From NCBI RefSeq assembly GCF_000002075.1, contig NW_004797900.1, forward strand, positions 103,011 through 159,111: DNA of 56,101 nucleotides, in the 5' to 3' direction. This stretch comes from Aplysia californica. Its lineage: Eukaryota. Position 1 is the stretch's first letter. Each line of letters starts with the position of its first letter. Shown here piece by piece: positions 12,053-24,224 of the stretch. A program made the translations under genes and the position numbers. The notes beneath the pieces are model-generated. The model worked only from the letters and a program-made list of their open reading frames with translations, had not been told where the DNA came from and ran no database searches.

Positions 12053-13159
12053 CATCTCGAGGGGATCTCGTTTGTCGCTACTTAAACATGCAAGCGTCTT
12101 TCCTTGACAACACATTGCAAGGGAAACTGCCGAGAGTGAAGAAGCAAATTGTGACGACAAATTGTTCTAAATCACTCGTATGGTTTGTCAAGTTGCCAGT
12201 TTCAAGGAAGGTTGCTTTTTTTTCAGCCTGATTTCATCATCAAGTTCTGTGTTAATCTCATTTTAATTTTAAGCGTTGGTGGCATGTCAAATGCGCAGCA
12301 TTAACTTTATGGTTATATTGTTGTTTCTTTCACTCTGGTCTTAATATTACAACAAAAAAAGATGTAATGTAAACTTATATTGTATATTTTGTGACATTTA
12401 GGGGGGGGGGGGATGACGATTGTTTTGAGTTTGAGGTAACTCAAAAAAGCAATCCAGCTTCTTCAGTTGCAGGTCAAGATAAAGAATAAAGCTGCGAGAT
12501 GGAATTTATTGATTGGCCATATGTACGACAAGTCGTATTGGACACATGCAGTGCGGGATGGTTCCTTACAAAGAAACGAATATTTGTTTCTGCTTTTCTG
12601 GCATAATTTTTTCAACTCTTATCAATCAGAATTACTTTCTGGGATTTTCCAGAACAGCCAGTACTAAATCTGTGCTGTCATTCGAAATTTGCATTAGTTT
12701 CTCTGTCACTAACAATTTTGTATCGAGATATTTCTCATTCACCTCCACAAATGTTTGGGGAATGTGGGTTGAAGATTGGATGACTGCTGTGAAACAAACT
12801 GTGAATATTTGTCTGTGACTACGAGTCTGATGTTGGCTGTTTGATGGACCCAGACACATCGAGTTGCTCAGGGATGCCAAATGTCCGCTTTTTCCTTTTT
12901 TTTCCTTTTTTTTTCATCCGTTGGAATTTTTCATCGTCGGCTTTCATAAGAGAGAATATGTTTTTGTTTGCTTATTTAAAAACTTTACAAGGTTCGGTTT
13001 AGGTGAGATGTGATGCTCCGCTCATTTTCAGGTGTTTTTTCAAAAATCGTTTGGCATCCCTGGTTGCTGTATACTGGAATATCTAAGTTTCTCACTGAAA
13101 GTGCATTCAGTGGTGGTTGTTTTGGGTTACTGGAGAATTTGTTTGGATTTTGTCATTTC

Positions 13160-13340
13160 TGGTCTGGACATTTCACAAACAGTGGAATCTGCCAAATATG
13201 GTCTGGACATTTCACAAACAGTGGAATCTGCCAAATATGGTCTGGACATTTCACAAACAGTGGAATCTGCCAAATATGGTCTGGACATTTCACAAACAGT
13301 GGAATCTGCCAAATATGGTCTGGACATTTCACAAACAGTG
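13160..13340. repeat. 39-bp minisatellite, ~4.6 copies
   Basis: Unit TGGTCTGGACATTTCACAAACAGTGGAATCTGCCAAATA. Confidence 0.92.
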
Positions 13341-13544
13341 GAATCTGCCAAATATGGTCAACCCAAAAAACAGGCCTTAAACTTAAACCAAAAGTAAATA
13401 AAGACCTGATTTTTTTCTTCACAATTTGAGCACTTTTTCAAACTGAAAAAATGGATCTACCTAAACTGGAGAAAATGTGGCGGTCCCGCAGATTTTGGTT
13501 GTGCTGACTCCACTGTGCCAGATTTTGAATTGCCGTACATGTAG

Positions 13545-13870
13545 TGGAAGGAAAAGAAATCGAATGAGGTAGTGCTTGATGAAGCTACGAGGGACGCTCA
13601 CTGTTAAGTACAATCAGGAAACGACAAATGCAGTTTTTGGGACACCTGAATAGACATTATAAGGGTAGTGAACATCTTGCTCTCACTGGCAAAATTGGGG
13701 GCACGCGAGGCAGGGGTAGGCCCAGAGCAACATACGTAAGGAACCAAAACAAGTGGGTGACAGGGAAAGATCAGGGAAACGTAACTTTTTTGAGAGCATC
13801 CGAGCAAAGGAATGAATGGAGAACCATGATCGCCGATGTCTGCCACAGATCTGGCACTGGATGATGATAA
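13545..13870 (+). mobile_element. RTE-clade LINE 3' fragment
   Basis: IRKRQMQFLGHLNR..LALTGKIGGTRGRGRPRATY..EWRTMIAD with (GAT)n tail, typical RTE ORF2 C-terminus. Confidence 0.85.
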
Positions 13871-14120
13871 TACATGTAATACCCTTCGCCCTTCCAAGAT
13901 TTGGTTTGACTTGCTACTTGAAGTGTGATGAAGTAAGGCACAGTCATAAAGTAAGGTTCAATTTCTCTGTTGTGTGAAGAGAAGTAGTTCTGAAATGTGT
14001 GCTGTAGGTGGCCTTGTGTGTCGTTAAGTGTGTATGTCAGTGTGTTAGTGTGTGTATGTCAGTGTGTTAGTGTGTGTATGTCCGTGTGACTGTGAGAAAA
14101 TTTGTATTTTTGGTGGCTGC

Positions 14121-14152
<32 letters not shown>

Positions 14153-14517
14153 GACAATGCGACAAGATTTGTGCTTTGTTGTGATGAGGGGGGGGGGGGG
14201 ACCATTTCTGGTGGCTGTGTGTTGGTGTGGACAATTCTGTTTGTAAAATAACTGTACATTTGACATTGCGTATTGGAGAGAGAGAGAGAGAGAGAGATAT
14301 ATATATATGAGTATGAGGGAAGGAGTTTGTGGTCACATAAACCCGCAGCAGACAGGAATGGTTCCCAGAATATCCTCCACCAGCTGTGCAAATGTAATAT
14401 ATTGTAATAACCCCAGAAGGGAAAATTTTTCCAGAGAGCGAGAAAAAACATTTCATTCTTTTAACGACTGCACCTACTTTAGGAATCTTTTCTGGATTTC
14501 CTTTTTTTTTTCAGCAT

Positions 14518-14641
14518 GTAGAATTTGAATTTTCAAAAAAATATTTCTTGAAATATCAACATTTAGAATTGAATTTTGAGAAAATATTTCTTGAAATATC
14601 AACATTTAGAATTTGAATTTTGAGAAAATATTTCTTGAAAT
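14518..14641. repeat. ~41-bp tandem repeat x3
   Basis: TAGAATTTGAATTTT..AAAATATTTCTTGAAAT repeated. Confidence 0.85.
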
Positions 14642-16069
14642 CATGAAACTGATATCACAGATTAAGAAACTGCAATTTTTTGAAACATCAAAATTTTTGG
14701 CTTTGTACATGTATGGTATGGTATGGGTTTAACGCCCCTATCAACACTATTACTATTAGGTTATTTAAGGGGCGGGACCTCCGGGTTTATCGTCCGTCTC
14801 CGATAGGACCGTTTGTACATGTGAACAGCTGTCCAATGATATGCTGTTTGTATTTCATAACAGTAAACATCAAGTTGTCAGGGGCGGGGGTTTAGATTTA
14901 GGTTACAAATGTATTGTAGAAACCTTTTGATTTTCTTTACTCTGATTTTAATGTGCTGTATGGAGGGAACACAGTTTTTATTTTGATGTTTTTAACTCTT
15001 ACCAACCAGAATTACGTTCTTGGATTGTCCTGAACTGCCAGAATTACATCTGTGCTGTCATTCAGATTTTGTGTCGCCGACAAATTGGGATTCTAGAGCT
15101 ACTTTCCTCTTCACCTTGCTAAAACATAAACCATCTGCAACATCCGGGGGAAGTGGATGGTGACAAAAAAGCAGGAGAGGTCGCGGGCAGTATTGCCTAC
15201 AGTATACAGACATCAGTTATTCTTGGCAACTTTTGAGATAGGTCCGTATGCACTACTGCCCGTGAGGTGTATTGTCCAGGAATTTGATCAACTACCAGGT
15301 ATCTTGATTTGGAAAGTGACTCCTCAGATTCTAGATCCAAAATTTTCTGTGACAGAATGGCCTACCACTTGAAAAAATACGCCTTCAAGCTTCAAATTTT
15401 CTCAAAAGAGGAAGCGTCTTTCATGTTAATTTCTAACTTGACCAATATTAATATTAATATTATTAACATGGATTTGGAAGACTGGACACAAATGTGTAGA
15501 CCTAGATACATGGTATGTGTTGTGTGTGTATTTATTTTAATCACGGGAGGTGAAAACTGAAAACGACATATTAATAATTAATCTATATGTTCTGGCAGAA
15601 GTGGGTCAACAAAACCGACATTGAGCGTGTCATTTTGGTTGGTGGGAGTTGAAATGACTTTCTGATTGTTCGTTCTGATGAGCTGTGACTGAGTGAGACG
15701 TACCCCGGTACTGATTACTGAAAGTTGTTGTCTTCTGACCTGAAGACACTCTTCTTTATGAGTTTCCTTTTCACGCTGATATATGACTTTACGCAGTTGT
15801 AAGCGCCATAAAACTTACCAGACTCATGTTTCATTTCTTGATTAAACTGCAGATTTTTTTATGTATGTTTTGTTGATTTTTTCAAACATCCACAGGGGAC
15901 CTCGGCGACGTATTTTGTACATTTTTGTGAGAGCCTTGGTCCAATCTGTGAATTAAAATCTGGAGTTACAAAATCCTGACAGGTGTTGTGTTTGTTATAT
16001 TATATTATATGTATGGATGTTGTTGAGGAATTTGAATAGCAGGAATTAGACCTAGTATCTTCTCATTGA

Positions 16070-16155
16070 GTGGGTGGCTGGTGGGTGCTCTAGTGTGGTT
16101 TGCTCTTTCTTTCCTTTCAAACATCTATCGTCCTTATAATTCCTTTCTTTTCTCT
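16070..16155 (+). mobile_element. SINE family A, 5' half
   Basis: Homology to the family head. Confidence 0.7.
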
Positions 16156-17986
16156 AATAATAATAACTAGCTGGGCCCCCTTTCGATGAAAGGGATGATC
16201 GGTGCTTTGATATAAGCTAAAAGTCATTGGCCTACTATATTTACACTCTACTGGAATGGGGAAATAAATATTGAGAGATGCAAAAAATTAGGTCTAGATC
16301 TATATTCTCAAACTCGTACTAAAACTAAACTAAAAAACTAAGGCCATCCACTCTGTTGTCCAGCTTGAATACAAGCTAACAGTGCACACACAAACACACA
16401 CACACGAACACACAGTCTCTAACACACACACAAGTAAAACCAAGTGAGAGAGTCTGACAGATAACCCAACACTATCAATGTTTTGATAAATTAATACCAT
16501 GAAAGCATCAAGAATTTAATTTAGTCACAAAAACGAAAAATTACACGACCTAAAACAGTCCGACATATTACAAGCTACATTGTTTTACTGTAAACCATCA
16601 TTCTCATCACACCACTGCTCTCTGGCTGCATTCAAAAAGTATCGGTTTTACTGTAATTAAAAACAATGCAACAAACAAGTTACTGTTACTGACAGAATTA
16701 GGAACAACTCCTTTTTTTTCCTAGCTCCATTGCTTGTAGAAAATGATTTACTCTTTTGTCAGTTTTATTTCTAAAACGACAGGTCACTTGTGATTGTATA
16801 AAGGAAATGATTTTGACACTGCACTAAAAAAATACTCCATAATCCTCCAAATTTTGATAACAGAATACCCTATGGTATCGGTGGAAATTATGCGATTTCA
16901 CCACATTACGTTGGAAAATGTTTGAGAACAACAGGCAAACCAAGCAAGTGAAGTAAGGCCATAAACCTATCCTATACATTTTCAGAACGTATAATAAATA
17001 GAAAACAGCTCATTAGTGAAGGAGTTGAAAAGTTTATTTTTTTTAAAATGATATAAAACGAACAATATCAATAATTGCGACCTAAATTATGGCCATTTAA
17101 ATCGGCCGAAACACCACAGAACAAAACTTATGTACGGCCAATTTAATCGTCCTTGGACACTTCATGGGTTTAACATCTCATTTACAACAGGACAGAAAAT
17201 CTGAAAGTCAACTCAAGCTGAAACTCTATTTAGATTTTAAAATCCAACAGAAAACTGTACATAGAAGATTTTTAAAATGTTATACTCATCTGGACAAGCA
17301 AGTAAGAACAATCAATGTAAGGAGCATCAACAAAAACATATTTAGTAATGCAATATTTGAGACAATGTGGGTTAAATCAGGTGCTCATCAAAATGACGAA
17401 ATCAAAGAAAGTAACATTTTTCCACTCATAGGGCAATTTTTATAAATCAGATTTTCATTTTGACTCAACACCTTTGATGTTCATTTAAAAACACATTCCT
17501 GGGTGGATTTTACCGACAAAAGTTGATCAAAGGTACAAAAAATGTAAATTTGCAGTTTCCAAGGACTCTCAAGCTTTGAAAGTCACCAAACTTTGGCTGA
17601 CATTTTCTCACTAATTTTACATTATCATTGGGCGACCCCCCCTCCTCCCCATCACCACCTTTCTCAATCCCAAATATCTAAAGTTATATTCGTGATAAAT
17701 GGGTATTTTTTTAGTTTTTTAAAATCAAAAGCAAGACAAACAAACAAACTTTAAGATGATTCCAATAACTCTATATGCCCAAAAATTGACGAGCGCCTGA
17801 TTCCACCGCGTCGTGACACAAATTAGCAGCAGCAGACTTTGTACTTCCTGCCTGTACAGAGCGCTCACTGACACTGACAAAGTGACACGACATTATGATT
17901 TCTCATCTGGCCTTTCATTCAATGATTTCTAGCAACACAAGGCAGAGATCTGAGGTCGAGACAATATCTGTGTAGTTGTTACCTCA

Positions 17987-20900
17987 TCACCTCTTCCCCT
18001 TGTTGGGATATTTCGAACCTGGCGTAATTTCATACTCCTCATAGACGGGAAACTCACCTGAAAGAGAAATATAAATATTATTCTTGACGTTCATTAGTAC
18101 AACAAAGTGACTGAAGAGTTTTTGTTCAAGTGTAGGCGTTTTTACTTTTTACATCACCATCCACACATTTTAGAGGATCATGATTTAGGAGGTGGGCTTC
18201 CTACCATGCCAATCAGCACCTACATGGGCTGAGAGGGATAAAATATCCCAGCAGAAAGACTGAGAGGAATACAACATCCCAGCAGAAAGACTGATACGCT
18301 TGATAAAAATTCTCCCCACTCAGGAATCAAACTCGAGTCTCCAGCATGGGACAGCAAAAGTGTCTTACCACTACACGGTACACCACAGACGCCGGAAGTG
18401 ACCGAGTGGCAACAGTAACACACAGGGGCAAAAGTGACCGCTACACCACACACAAGGGTAATGACATTAGGGACAGCACCCACAGGCAAAACTCAAGAAT
18501 AACCTGGTGTGGGACAGTAAGGGAAATAACTTACTAAAAATGTCTCATACATCACATTAACTTTATAATAATATTATTCACACTATATCGGATGCAAATG
18601 ATAGAAAAAAATTGAAATACTTATTAAATCTTTGACTCTGAGAAAATCATGAATTAATGAATGCAATGACTAGACTTCATTAATATCTCATGACAAACAT
18701 AATGGTTTTAGTTAACAAAGCGATGAATGCTCTAAATTCATCAAAATTGCAAAACCTTTTGTAAAAATTTTTTAAAAACACATTACATTCACATCACCAT
18801 CTGCTCTCCACACACCTTCCATTCAAATATTAGCAACTGTCCTAAGTCAGAGCACCTTAACTCTTTATCTCCGTGGGGGGGAAAACCCACTATGCCGAGG
18901 CCTATTTTTAGTACTAAATCTAAAAATAACGAAAACGTCACTAAAATGGTCATTAAATCAAAACAAGTGAACCTATTTCGATAGTAATTCATGTAACGAA
19001 ATCCCGATAAAAGAGACCTGTTTTCGGCAATTGCCAAAGAGTAATTTAATGTCGAAGTCGTTGTAAAGGAATGTGCCCGAGCCGCTGTCAGCAGCTCACT
19101 GACACAGCAGTTCCGACCGCGAGCCGCAGGGAGCGACTTGCCGGAGATAAAGAGTCGAAAAACTTACTTTTCTGGGTGTTTGAGACAACAGTTTCTCCAA
19201 TCCCCGTCTGCGACTCTGTCTCTGCCAATGACTCACTCTCCTGCAAACAAATTGATTTTTTTGTTTTAGTTTTAGTAAGAGTTTTACGGCACCTGCAACA
19301 CAATAAGGTCATACAAGTGCCAAAGATTAGAGGTGTTACAAGAGAGGAACAAACATAAAAAAGAAGGAGGGGAGATAAGGACGATAGATGATAGGAAAGA
19401 ACGAGCAAACCACATCAGAGCACCCGCCAACCACCCACCAACAAATTGATCAGTTCATTTTTAGTTTTAGTAGAGGTTTTACTGTGCTCGCAACATAATA
19501 AGGTCCTATACGTGCCGAAGATTAGAGGTGTTACAAGGAAGTAACAAACACAAAAAAGAATGAGGGGAGATAACGACAATAGATATTTGATAGGAAAGAA
19601 GGAGAAAACCACATCAGAGCACTCGCCAACCACCCACAAACAAATTGATCAGATCAGAATCAGTGAGAGTAGCTTGGCTGGGAATACCAGACAAAATATT
19701 TTTTTTAGCTTAAAATCAACATAATATTAATTTAATTAATATTATACAGCCACAATGGAAATATCTGCATTTCTCTATATGACACTTTAACTCTTTGTTA
19801 GTAATGTTAGATAGAGATCTCAGCGTTCCACAGAGTGGTGTCGAGTTAGGTAATAAATTTGACAATGTGCCAATCTGAAAAAAAGCAAGTCTAAGTAAGC
19901 AAATATTCTTACAGGACATTCTTAGACGGGCTACCATAATGATAGGAAGTGATGTATCCTTCAAAGTCTAAAGTGAAAGAAGAGAAAATTATCTCTCAAA
20001 CCATGTCAAGCATGGTGGGTCTATTTCACACAGAAAAGTACAGGAGCTCCAACAGGTTCCTAAGGTTTTGCCAACCAACTCAAGGACTTGATCCACATTA
20101 CTACTTCAGCGTCGTCAAGTCTGTGTGGAGCAATAGAAGGCCTACTAGAAAACGAAGAATAGGTACCGCCCCGTACAGAAGCAGGCTTCCGTACCTGCTG
20201 TCCCTGTCGTTTTATGCAAGAAAAATTCTGAAATGATGCAAACTGAGCCAAAAACTGTGAAATTATGCGATTCTGTTAATTTTGACAAAGAATGATAACA
20301 GAAAATATAAAAAAATTATGCAAAAAATGATCAAATTTTGCTTAATTATGCGGGGTGCATAAAACCATGGGGACAGCCATACGCAGAGCCTCAAAAACAT
20401 ATTAAACATGTTTTTTACGCACGTGTAACTCCTACAACTAGAGCCATTCCTTCCACAACAAACCTTTTGTTCTGTATTCTTCATGTCCAGCTTGTCCGCG
20501 CGGATCTTGGTCTGCATCATCTTCTTGTAGTTTCTCTCAATCTCCTGAAGAACAAATAGAAATGAAAAGTTTGCCAGTGTTTAGTTTTCACTCAGTGGGG
20601 TGGCCACACACCTTAGCATGCACCACGGCGGAAAACTGTTCAACTTTTCTAAGCTCAGAAAGAAAAATATTACAGGACAGAGAAAAAAACCTGTTTCATT
20701 CTTTATAAAATTGAACCTACCATACATTATGTATTTTTCTTGAGGGTTTTTTTTTCTCCAACTTTTGGAATTTGACTTTTAACCAACTATTTCTTGAGCA
20801 TATATGCAACCTATAGTACAGATTAAGTGCTGTGCCAAAATTATAGTTGTCTCCCCATCCATGTAGGAAAATCTGACTGGCCTTGACTCAACCAGCTGAA

Positions 20901-22086
20901 TATATGATTGACAATGTGCACTAGGTTTTCGAGTCGTACATTCGGAGTGAGTCAAAGCACACCTAACACCAGATCTACCCAGCTACAGGCAGCCAAAGAT
21001 CTCGTCAGTTTGTTAGATTTTGAGCGTGTGAAATCCGTAGCTTGCACTGTATGCCTCCCAGGAAGCTGAGAACGTTTCTGAGATTTCTAGGGTCTGCTGG
21101 GGTAATAATAATTCAAATTGTAAAGCGCAAAGAGAATGCTGTGGAGTGTGGAGTGCTATATAATATATACAAATGCAATTATTATATAGGCCTACATTAT
21201 CATTATATCTTCAACAAATGCAAATCTGTCAGTGTAACAACGCTCATCACCATAAACAAACTGTCTAGATGTTTCAGAGCTTGACTCAGTTAATGCTGCA
21301 ATGTAACCTACAGTACACAGTGTTGGTATTCAAAACTCAGCCTGTAAGTACAGTACACAGTGTTGGTAACCAAAACTCAGAGGGGATTTGAACCAAGCAA
21401 GCCTAACAAACAGTCTTTGTGTGATCCATTATGCTTGCAAGCAAAGGTTTTTTATATGTATGTGACTAAAGATTTTATGTATGCAAGCAAAGATTTTATA
21501 CATAATAAAGCCTTTATATACGCACGGTAACTAAAGATTTTATGTACATGGTAAAGATTTCATCTACGTAACCTAAAATTGTATGTACATAACCAAAGAT
21601 TTTTAAACTACAAAATAGTTCACTCCCTCAACAGGATATCCATGGAAATATACGTATATTACATCTGCAACAACAATACATGTTGCTACCACCACTGACA
21701 AAGATTTTTTGTTTTCTTTCTGAAGTAAGCGCTGTCTTGTTACAATCTCTGCTCTTACTGTCACATTACTGTGTTCACAAGATACTGTCAGATACATTAG
21801 CCTCGCAGAAAACTTGACATTCCAAACACAGCTATTCAGTAAAACTAAAAGTCTTTTGATTATGCACTTTCAAAAGATTTTTTAAAAGATACCAAAGGAA
21901 AAACAAAGTACCTCAGGTGAGGGTGGATGTTCTCTCCTTCCCCGCAGCCACGCTAAACAGGAGGAAAGAAATAAAAAATAGATCATGACAAGAACCTAAG
22001 ATTATATTATGTAAGTTAAATCAAACAGGGTAGTTTTTCTTCTTCTTCTTTATACATAAAATGTATTTGAATAATCAGGAGTTTCA

Positions 22087-22118
<32 letters not shown>

Positions 22119-24193
22119 ATGAATGAGGGGGAGAAAATAAACATGATAAAGTAACCCTCTCACCCTCTCTCTCATTTCCCTCTCTACCTCCCCCCCTCCT
22201 CTAGCTCTCTCTCTCTCTTCAATACTCTTTCAAGAATACTGTTTAATAATAATATTTATGTCTGTCTGTTTAGTGCTCTGCCATCTTGCCTTTCCTAGCA
22301 ACTTAATAATCTCTCTTAGTCTTAGAGTGTGTCTGTTTTCTTCTAACTTAAAAAAACCAAAAACAATGAAATAATTTCATGGAACTTACAATCCCATTCA
22401 ACTGGAACTTCCGGAGTGTCGAAACGATCCAAGTCTTTCCTTTCCTCGATATATCTTGACGCTCGTAAATTGTGAGCGTCGTCTGCAAGAAAGACAGTTT
22501 ACACAATGTACAAGGATGCAAAAAGAAATGAAGATCTTCACATACTATTGTGATAACAAACAGCTGACCTTGGTCAAGAGTTTATAAATGCTTTTGGTTA
22601 GTAAATTGTAATATATCTCTTAGGTCTCAGAAACACTAATTCTCAATTTATTCAAAACTAGCCGAAGAGGCATTCCTGACAATTTCGTCTATCAGAGGGA
22701 AAAGCTTTTCCAACTTCTGATTCTCAATTCCCTGTCCGCAGAGAAATTCGCGCCCGCAACCCGCAAGTTGCGCGCGCAACTTTTGCCTTCAGCGCAACTT
22801 TTGCGCAACTTTTGCGCAACTTTTACCATTTTCGTGAATTCGCGAATTTTAGCCAATTTCCCGCAAAATTTGGAAAAATAATTATAAAAGTTCATTAAAA
22901 ACACCTAAATTTTCTTCCACGACTAAAAATAACGACGCCAAGGGGACAATTCGCTCCTTTGCACTATGGGGTGCCCGCCGCCGCCCTGTGACCCGGACCG
23001 GGTCAGGTCGGGTCAGGATGATCGCCCGACTCGTCGCCTGAAAACAACGAGTCGGGCTCGATCAACTCGTGCCACAATAGCCGCTTTGCACCATCAATCT
23101 GGCGAGCAAATCGACCCAATAGTCTTGTTTGGACTGAATCATCTTCTAGTCTAGCTAGATCTAGATCTAGAGTAAATAAACCTCTGATTACTTAGCTTGC
23201 TTGGTTCCGTAGCACCAGATAGTAGATAGATCTAGATCTAGTATAAAAATGTGTGAAAAACTTTAAGTCTTAGGCAAGGAGGGTAAATCTAGACAAGGAT
23301 AGATTCATCCAGAAAACACCTAAAGGGGACGTTCAAATAATATCATCTTACGCCTGGAAAATAAANNNNNNNNNNNNNNNNNNNNNNNNNNNNNNNNNNN
23401 NNNNNNNNNNNNNNNNNNNNNNNNNNNNNNNNNNNNNNNNNNNNNNNNNNNNNNNNNNNNNNNNNGTTCCGCCGCGAGAGAGGGCTCCTATCAGGCGTGC
23501 GGTGCCACCCAAAGGGCATCCTCAATTACTTTTAATCTCCTGGCCTTCAGCGCAACTTTTGCGCAACTTTTATCATTTTCGTGAATTCGCGAATTTTAGC
23601 CAATTTCCCGCAAAATTTGGAAAAAAATAATTATAAAAGTTCATTAAAAACACCGAAATTTTCTTCCACGACTAAAATAACTACGCCAAGGGGGACAATT
23701 CGCTCCTTTGCACTACGGGGTGCCCGGCGCCCGCCGCCGCCCTGTGACCCGGACCGGGTCAGGTCGGGTCGGGATGATCGCCCGACTCGTCGCCTGAAAA
23801 CGTGTTTGTTTTGAAACAACGAGTCGGGCGCGATCAACTCGTGCCACAATAGCCGCTTTGCACCATCAATCTGGCGAGCAAATCGACCCAATAGTCTTGT
23901 TTGGACTGAATCATCTTCTAGTCTAGCTAGATCTAGATCTAGAGTAAATCAATCGTCTGATTACTTAGCTTGCTTGGTTCCGTAGCACCAGATAGTAGAT
24001 CTAGATAGAGCTAGATCTAGTATAAAAATGTGTGAAAAACTTTAAGTCTTAGGCAAGGAGGGTAAATCTAGACAAGGATAGATTCATCCAGAAAACGCCT
24101 AAAGGGGACGTTCAAATAATATCATCTTAATTACGCCTGGGGAAAAAAAGGGGGGGGGGGGAATCTTTGACTCCTGTAAAAGTAAAGTGTAAG

Positions 24194-24224
<31 letters not shown>

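Noticed and set aside
12276-12312. WHVKC-like frame downstream of RNF220
   Set aside because: It lies after the stop codon and lacks the other Cys/Trp residues and splice sites; chance match.
12615-15170. Diverged ~150-bp duplication (12615-12790 vs 14993-15170) downstream of the RNF220 stop
   Set aside because: Looks like two old copies of an unclassified repeat; no ORF or structure supporting function.
18300-18380. tRNA gene (also 30335-30400, 7765-7822)
   Set aside because: A/B boxes are present but there is no intact cloverleaf; SINE heads.
22789-24140. ~580-bp near-identical direct repeat (22789-23360 vs 23544-24140) resembling LTRs
   Set aside because: The copies flank a 100-N gap with no internal coding sequence; most likely an uncollapsed haplotype/overlap artefact.
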